Below, one piece after another: positions 60,134 through 64,000 of a stretch of 64,000 bases of DNA (its first letter is position 1; each line of letters opens with the position of its first letter). The position numbers and the translations under genes were made by a program. The notes under the pieces are model-generated. The model was given only the letters and a program-made list of their open reading frames with translations. It did no database searches and was not told where the DNA came from. Source of the DNA: a virus; IMG/VR virus record IMGVR_UViG_3300025892_000012, positions 1-64,000 of that record, one strand, 5' to 3'.

Positions 60134-60717
60134 TGGCAATACTAAAGTTAAACAGTCATGAAGTGATTACACAAAGTGGAGACAATCGTCCAGAGTTTGG
60201 TGCAAGTGTGCCTGCTGGTTGTATGTTACAACTTAAATCAACTACTAAAACCGACCATTGGGGTGGTTCTGGAGTTTCAAATGGAAATTCAGGTGTTACT
60301 CCATATGCTGTAACTGGATTATCTGTTACAATTACTCCAAAGTTTAATACAAGTAAAATATGGTTATTTGCTGATATTTTTATGGGATTAAATAACTTTG
60401 AAGGATACAATTATTATTGGTCAATTTATAGAAGTATTAATGGAGGAACTAGTTCAGCAATTGGAGTAGGTACAGATAGTAGTGCAACATTTTTTGTTAT
60501 GGGTGGTCATAATATGTATCCTTCTGGAAGTAGTATTCCTTTTGCGGGAGGTAATTCTAAAAATTATTTAGACAGTCCATCTACAATAGATAGTATAACT
60601 TATCAAATAAATGTAGGTGCTGCAGATTCAAATGCTATTTTATATGTTAATAGAAGAGCTAGTGGTGGCAATCCTTGTGGGGTATCAACAATCACAGCAA
60701 TGGAGATAGCAGCATAA
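60133..60717 (+). CDS. Array tip B7
   Basis: TAATG overlap; MAILKLN...ITQSG...VPAGCMLQ...LSVTITP....SKI...LDSPST...ITY...STITAMEIA. Confidence 0.62.
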   Translation: MAILKLNSHEVITQSGDNRPEFGASVPAGCMLQLKSTTKTDHWGGSGVSNGNSGVTPYAVTGLSVTITPKFNTSKIWLFADIFMGLNNFEGYNYYWSIYRSINGGTSSAIGVGTDSSATFFVMGGHNMYPSGSSIPFAGGNSKNYLDSPSTIDSITYQINVGAADSNAILYVNRRASGGNPCGVSTITAMEIAA

Positions 60718-61268
60718 TGGCAACTCTACAACTCGGAAACAAAACACTGTTTACACAATCTGGAAGTGCTGATCCGGAAATAACATCAAATGTAAATTTG
60801 ACAAATGCAGATATGTCTAATGCAGATATGTCTAATGCAAATATTAAAACATCATTTAGTTCATTAGATACTTCTGCATCTCAAGGACCAACAACAGATT
60901 TAACAAATACAACATTACCTATATTTGCTTGTAGAGCATGGGTACATTTTAACGGCATGTCATATGTTACTGTAGAAAGTGAATCTCATTGTGATATATA
61001 TGCTTCTGGTAACGTAAGTAAAGTAGTAAGGGTTGGCGTTGGTTTGTATAAAATTTATTTTTTAACCCCAATGCCAGATACTAATTATTGTGTAACTGGT
61101 TCGCATGTTGCTTCAACCAATAGTTATGGTAATGTTGGTGGAATCGGAGGTTACAATGCTACGGCAGGGGGTATTGAAACAACTTATGTAGGAATAACAT
61201 ACCAATACCACTATAGTAGTTATGGTTTCGTTGACCAAGACCATTTACATATTGCTATTTTCAGATAA
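60717..61268 (+). CDS. Array tip B8
   Basis: MATLQLGNKTLFTQSG; CRAWVHFNG...SGNVS.V...G.G.Y...F...MPDTNY.V. Confidence 0.62.
   Translation: MATLQLGNKTLFTQSGSADPEITSNVNLTNADMSNADMSNANIKTSFSSLDTSASQGPTTDLTNTTLPIFACRAWVHFNGMSYVTVESESHCDIYASGNVSKVVRVGVGLYKIYFLTPMPDTNYCVTGSHVASTNSYGNVGGIGGYNATAGGIETTYVGITYQYHYSSYGFVDQDHLHIAIFR
60804..60845 (+). repeat. 15-bp tandem repeat (NADMS)
   Basis: AATGCAGATATGTCT x2 plus AATGCAAATATT. Confidence 0.8.
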
Positions 61269-61278
61269 GGTATAAAAC

Positions 61279-61860
61279 ATGGCAACACTTACGATTGGTG
61301 GAAAAACAGTAGTAACGCAGACAGGCACGGATGAGCCTATAATGACAAGTAATGTTGTGATGGATAATGTTAATGTGAACAATGCATTGGCAAGTGCTAC
61401 GTTTCCTGCTGGACATATGTTAAGACATTTTTATGATGAATATAATTTTAATGGGTCTCCTGCTACAATCACAACAACCGCATCAAATTGGAGCGGTCTA
61501 CAAATTGATATAATTAATCCTAATACAAGTAATTATTTATTTTTACAAATGTTTATTCCTGACGTATATTGTAGCGGTTCAAGTAATGGACTTGGAGGTG
61601 GTTTTGTTTATAGTACAAATTCTTTTAGTTCAGAATCAATTTTAGGTTCATCTGCTTGGTATTTTAATCAACATTCATGGACAAGTTCTGGTTCAAATTT
61701 AAATAATACTAGTTTGACTGTTAGAGTATTACATCCAACAAGTAGTAACTATTCAATAAGACCATATTTTCAGGCTTATAATGCAAGTTTAAGTATAGGA
61801 CAAGGCAATAGTGGCAATAAGTCTATCGCAACATTATTTGCTATGGAGATACAAGGATGA
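61279..61860 (+). CDS. Array tip B9
   Basis: MATLTIGGKTVVTQTG...FPAGHML...LFAMEIQG. Confidence 0.62.
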   Translation: MATLTIGGKTVVTQTGTDEPIMTSNVVMDNVNVNNALASATFPAGHMLRHFYDEYNFNGSPATITTTASNWSGLQIDIINPNTSNYLFLQMFIPDVYCSGSSNGLGGGFVYSTNSFSSESILGSSAWYFNQHSWTSSGSNLNNTSLTVRVLHPTSSNYSIRPYFQAYNASLSIGQGNSGNKSIATLFAMEIQG

Positions 61861-62291
61861 AAACATATTTTGAAGTGGTTATAGATTTAGTAGGTATTGA
61901 AAATATTTGTAACGGACCATCCAATGGACCTGTATCTCAAATTAAATTTATAAATGGATTTGTAAACATACCCACTGAAGAAGAAATCCAAGCAAAGATA
62001 GCAGAACTTCAAGCAGCCGAACCACTACGTCTATTAAGAATAGAACGAAACCAAATTCTTCAACAATCTGATTGGGAAGTTCAACGCAATACAGAACGCA
62101 ACATTACAGATTCAAATCTAATAGACTATCGTAATGCACTCCGAGACCTTCCACAAGAAATAGCAAATGGAAACATTCCAGCACCTACACTGGATGAGAA
62201 TGGAATGCTGGTGTTTGAACATTGGCCGAATCGCTATGAGATAAATATAGAAGATGAACCAACAGCAAACAATTCAGCTAATACAGTTTAA
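61857..62291 (+). CDS. Array chaperone C5
   Basis: PTEEEIQAKI.EL...LR.ERN..L..SDW...YR.ALRDLP...LDENGML...WP. Confidence 0.72.
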   Translation: MKTYFEVVIDLVGIENICNGPSNGPVSQIKFINGFVNIPTEEEIQAKIAELQAAEPLRLLRIERNQILQQSDWEVQRNTERNITDSNLIDYRNALRDLPQEIANGNIPAPTLDENGMLVFEHWPNRYEINIEDEPTANNSANTV

Positions 62292-62515
62292 TGCCGTCAA
62301 AAAGTAACGCCAAACAAAAATCAATTATAGTTGGTATTAACACAAAAACTTTTACCAATGATGTTGAAGTTGCTGAAAACTATTCTGCAATTCTCAGTGG
62401 TCCTGTAAGTGTACCAAACATCACTGTCAATGGTACTTTAAATGTGATCAACAATCTAAGTGTAGATGGTGATATTGTGATTGGTCCAAATGGTAATTTA
62501 AATCTAACAGGATGA
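62291..62515 (+). CDS. Array adaptor A5
   Basis: GPVSVPNITVNGTLNV...G...IG.NG.LN..G. Confidence 0.6.
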   Translation: MPSKSNAKQKSIIVGINTKTFTNDVEVAENYSAILSGPVSVPNITVNGTLNVINNLSVDGDIVIGPNGNLNLTG

Positions 62516-62516
62516 T

Positions 62517-63239
62517 ATGCCCAACGCAAGTTTGACAATAGATGGAACAGAAGTTATCAGCAAAGTAAATGGCTCAACTTCTATTCAAATTGACACCGTA
62601 GAAAGTAATGATATAAAAAATGCACATGGAAATGTTGTTGGTTTTAGATCTGTTCAAATATTTGACACTGTTGGTACATCAACATGGACAAAGCCCGCTG
62701 GTGTAAATTATATAAAAGTTTATGTTACTGGCGGAGGAGGTGGCGGTGGTTCTCACAACCAAGATGATGCTCAAGGAGGTGGTGGAGCAGGGGGAACTAC
62801 AATTAAATGGATTGATGTACGACAAGTAACAAGCGTATCTGTCACAGTTGGAGTTGGAGGTACACGTTCTATTGGTAATTCAGGAGGTGGTGGAGGTCCT
62901 GGAGGCACATCATCTTTTGGTTCGTATTGCTCTGCCACAGGTGGTGAAGAACCAGAAACTTGGGCAGTTGGTGGATATGGTGGTGTTGCTACTGGAGGAG
63001 ATATCAATTTGTATGGTAATGCAGGAATATGTGGCAACATAGATGGCGGTGGCAATGAAGAAAGTAGTGGAGTTGGAGGTGCTTCTTATTGGGGTGGAAC
63101 AGGCAGAGGAGGTAGTGTTTGGGGTGCAAGGTCTAATCCAAATGGATGGGGATGTGGTGGTTCAGGCACCCATGTAAGCACTAATAATGAAGGTGCTGAT
63201 GGATACAAAGGTGCTGTTATTGTAGAGGAATACGTATGA
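62517..63239 (+). CDS. Array tip B10 (glycine-rich adhesin-type domain)
   Basis: TWTKPAGV..IKVYVTGGGGGGG...GGGGAGG...VTVG.GG...GGTSSFG...G..GAVIVEEY. Confidence 0.68.
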   Translation: MPNASLTIDGTEVISKVNGSTSIQIDTVESNDIKNAHGNVVGFRSVQIFDTVGTSTWTKPAGVNYIKVYVTGGGGGGGSHNQDDAQGGGGAGGTTIKWIDVRQVTSVSVTVGVGGTRSIGNSGGGGGPGGTSSFGSYCSATGGEEPETWAVGGYGGVATGGDINLYGNAGICGNIDGGGNEESSGVGGASYWGGTGRGGSVWGARSNPNGWGCGGSGTHVSTNNEGADGYKGAVIVEEYV

Positions 63240-63571
63240 AAAAGGCGCTTATACATTTAGATAAAATTGTACAAGTTTCAGATTCCACATTTGAAGTTCA
63301 TTCCAGTATGAAATGGGTAGACTGTCCAGATAATTGCACTACTAAATGGAAATATGAAAATGAACAATTCATTGAAAATGTTTATACAGATGAAGAAAAA
63401 TTAAGAGATTTGAGATTAGCAAGAGGAACTAAGTTAAGAAAAACAGATTGGTGGGTTTTACCAGATAGAACTCCAACACAAGAGCAATTAAACTATAGAC
63501 AAGCTTTACGGGATATTACTAACACATATACATCACTTGATGATGTTATTTGGCCGGAGAAACCTGAATAA
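63236..63571 (+). CDS. Array chaperone C6
   Basis: WVDCPD; LR..R...L..TDWW...YRQALRDIT...WPEKP. Confidence 0.72.
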   Translation: MKKALIHLDKIVQVSDSTFEVHSSMKWVDCPDNCTTKWKYENEQFIENVYTDEEKLRDLRLARGTKLRKTDWWVLPDRTPTQEQLNYRQALRDITNTYTSLDDVIWPEKPE

Positions 63572-64000
63572 TGCCATTCATCGGAGCACCGTCACCTAAA
63601 GAATTACAATCCATAGAAACCATTTCTGACCGTAAAACATATACGGGGGATGGCATAAAAACTATTTTTGGCGTTAGCTATGAATCCAATCATATTAGTG
63701 TATTTCAAAACGGCTTAAAACTTATTGAAGGTATTGACTATAATATTGCATCTACTGGTCAGTATATAACATTTGTTATTGCTCCAGAAAGTGGAGATGT
63801 AATTGATTTAGTCGGTGCAAGTGGAGTTACTAATTTAGCACAATCAAGTTATTCAAGAGAAACATTTGTCTCTCTCGCAAATCAAACATCATTCATTCTT
63901 TCAACAAATATAGATGATTCTTTTAGAACAAATGTATATGTAAATGGAATAAGATTAACAGAGACTGATTATACAATATATAATTCAAATAATACACTTG
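63571..64000 (+). CDS. Partial tail/baseplate repeat protein (runs off window end)
   Basis: TAATG overlap; MPFIG..P...YTGDG..T.F...VFQNGLKL....DY...G..I repeat, second repeat VYVNGIRL...DY. Confidence 0.65.
   Translation, partial: MPFIGAPSPKELQSIETISDRKTYTGDGIKTIFGVSYESNHISVFQNGLKLIEGIDYNIASTGQYITFVIAPESGDVIDLVGASGVTNLAQSSYSRETFVSLANQTSFILSTNIDDSFRTNVYVNGIRLTETDYTIYNSNNTL

Noticed and set aside
1385-63055. Numerous 60-120-aa ORFs nested antisense or out of frame within long genes
   Set aside because: They lie within well-supported genes and lack recognisable motifs or RBS; this is an expected codon-bias artefact.
53580-63571. DGR or invertase shufflon explaining tip diversity
   Set aside because: No reverse transcriptase, no adenine-specific TR/VR pair, no recombinase and no inverted cassettes were seen. 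All tips are complete same-strand genes with their own starts. Elements outside the window cannot be excluded.
1-64000. CRISPR array, tRNA or rRNA genes
   Set aside because: Intergenic gaps are short and AT-rich; no repeat-spacer periodicity or cloverleaf was seen by eye.
1-64000. Stop-codon reassignment
   Set aside because: Core genes are full length under code 11, and TAA, TGA and TAG all occur at plausible gene ends.

Overview
This AT-rich 64-kb window is the virion morphogenesis region of a large T4-like (T4-superfamily) myophage. It resembles marine or aquatic T4-like phages more than enterobacterial T-evens. Positions 0.2-12.8 kb hold the canonical gp17-gp18-gp19-gp20-gp67-(gp68 slot)-gp21-gp22-gp23 cluster, driven by T4-type late promoters (NATAAATA). 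Positions 12.8-17.7 kb are a mixed accessory island: a 2H phosphoesterase, an Rnl1-type RNA ligase with a perfect sigma70 promoter, hypothetical or structural genes, and an inverted neck gene gp13. Positions 17.8-53.6 kb encode very large baseplate, fibre and adhesin proteins (VrlC/DUF4815-like, three S74-chaperone fibres, Ig-repeat and vWA giants, and a gp9/10-like protein with a cupredoxin-type C-terminus). Positions 53.6-64 kb are a tandem, translationally coupled array of small modules (adaptor, variable tip, chaperone) repeated six times, with ten divergent tip genes. This array is the best candidate for an undescribed system: a modular, possibly combinatorial receptor-binding repertoire. 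Other notable signals are an Ig-like domain split across two genes by a ~1.34-kb insertion, candidate capsid-packaged effectors, and a possible attenuator between the sheath and tube genes. All family calls come from motif recognition only; no searches were run.
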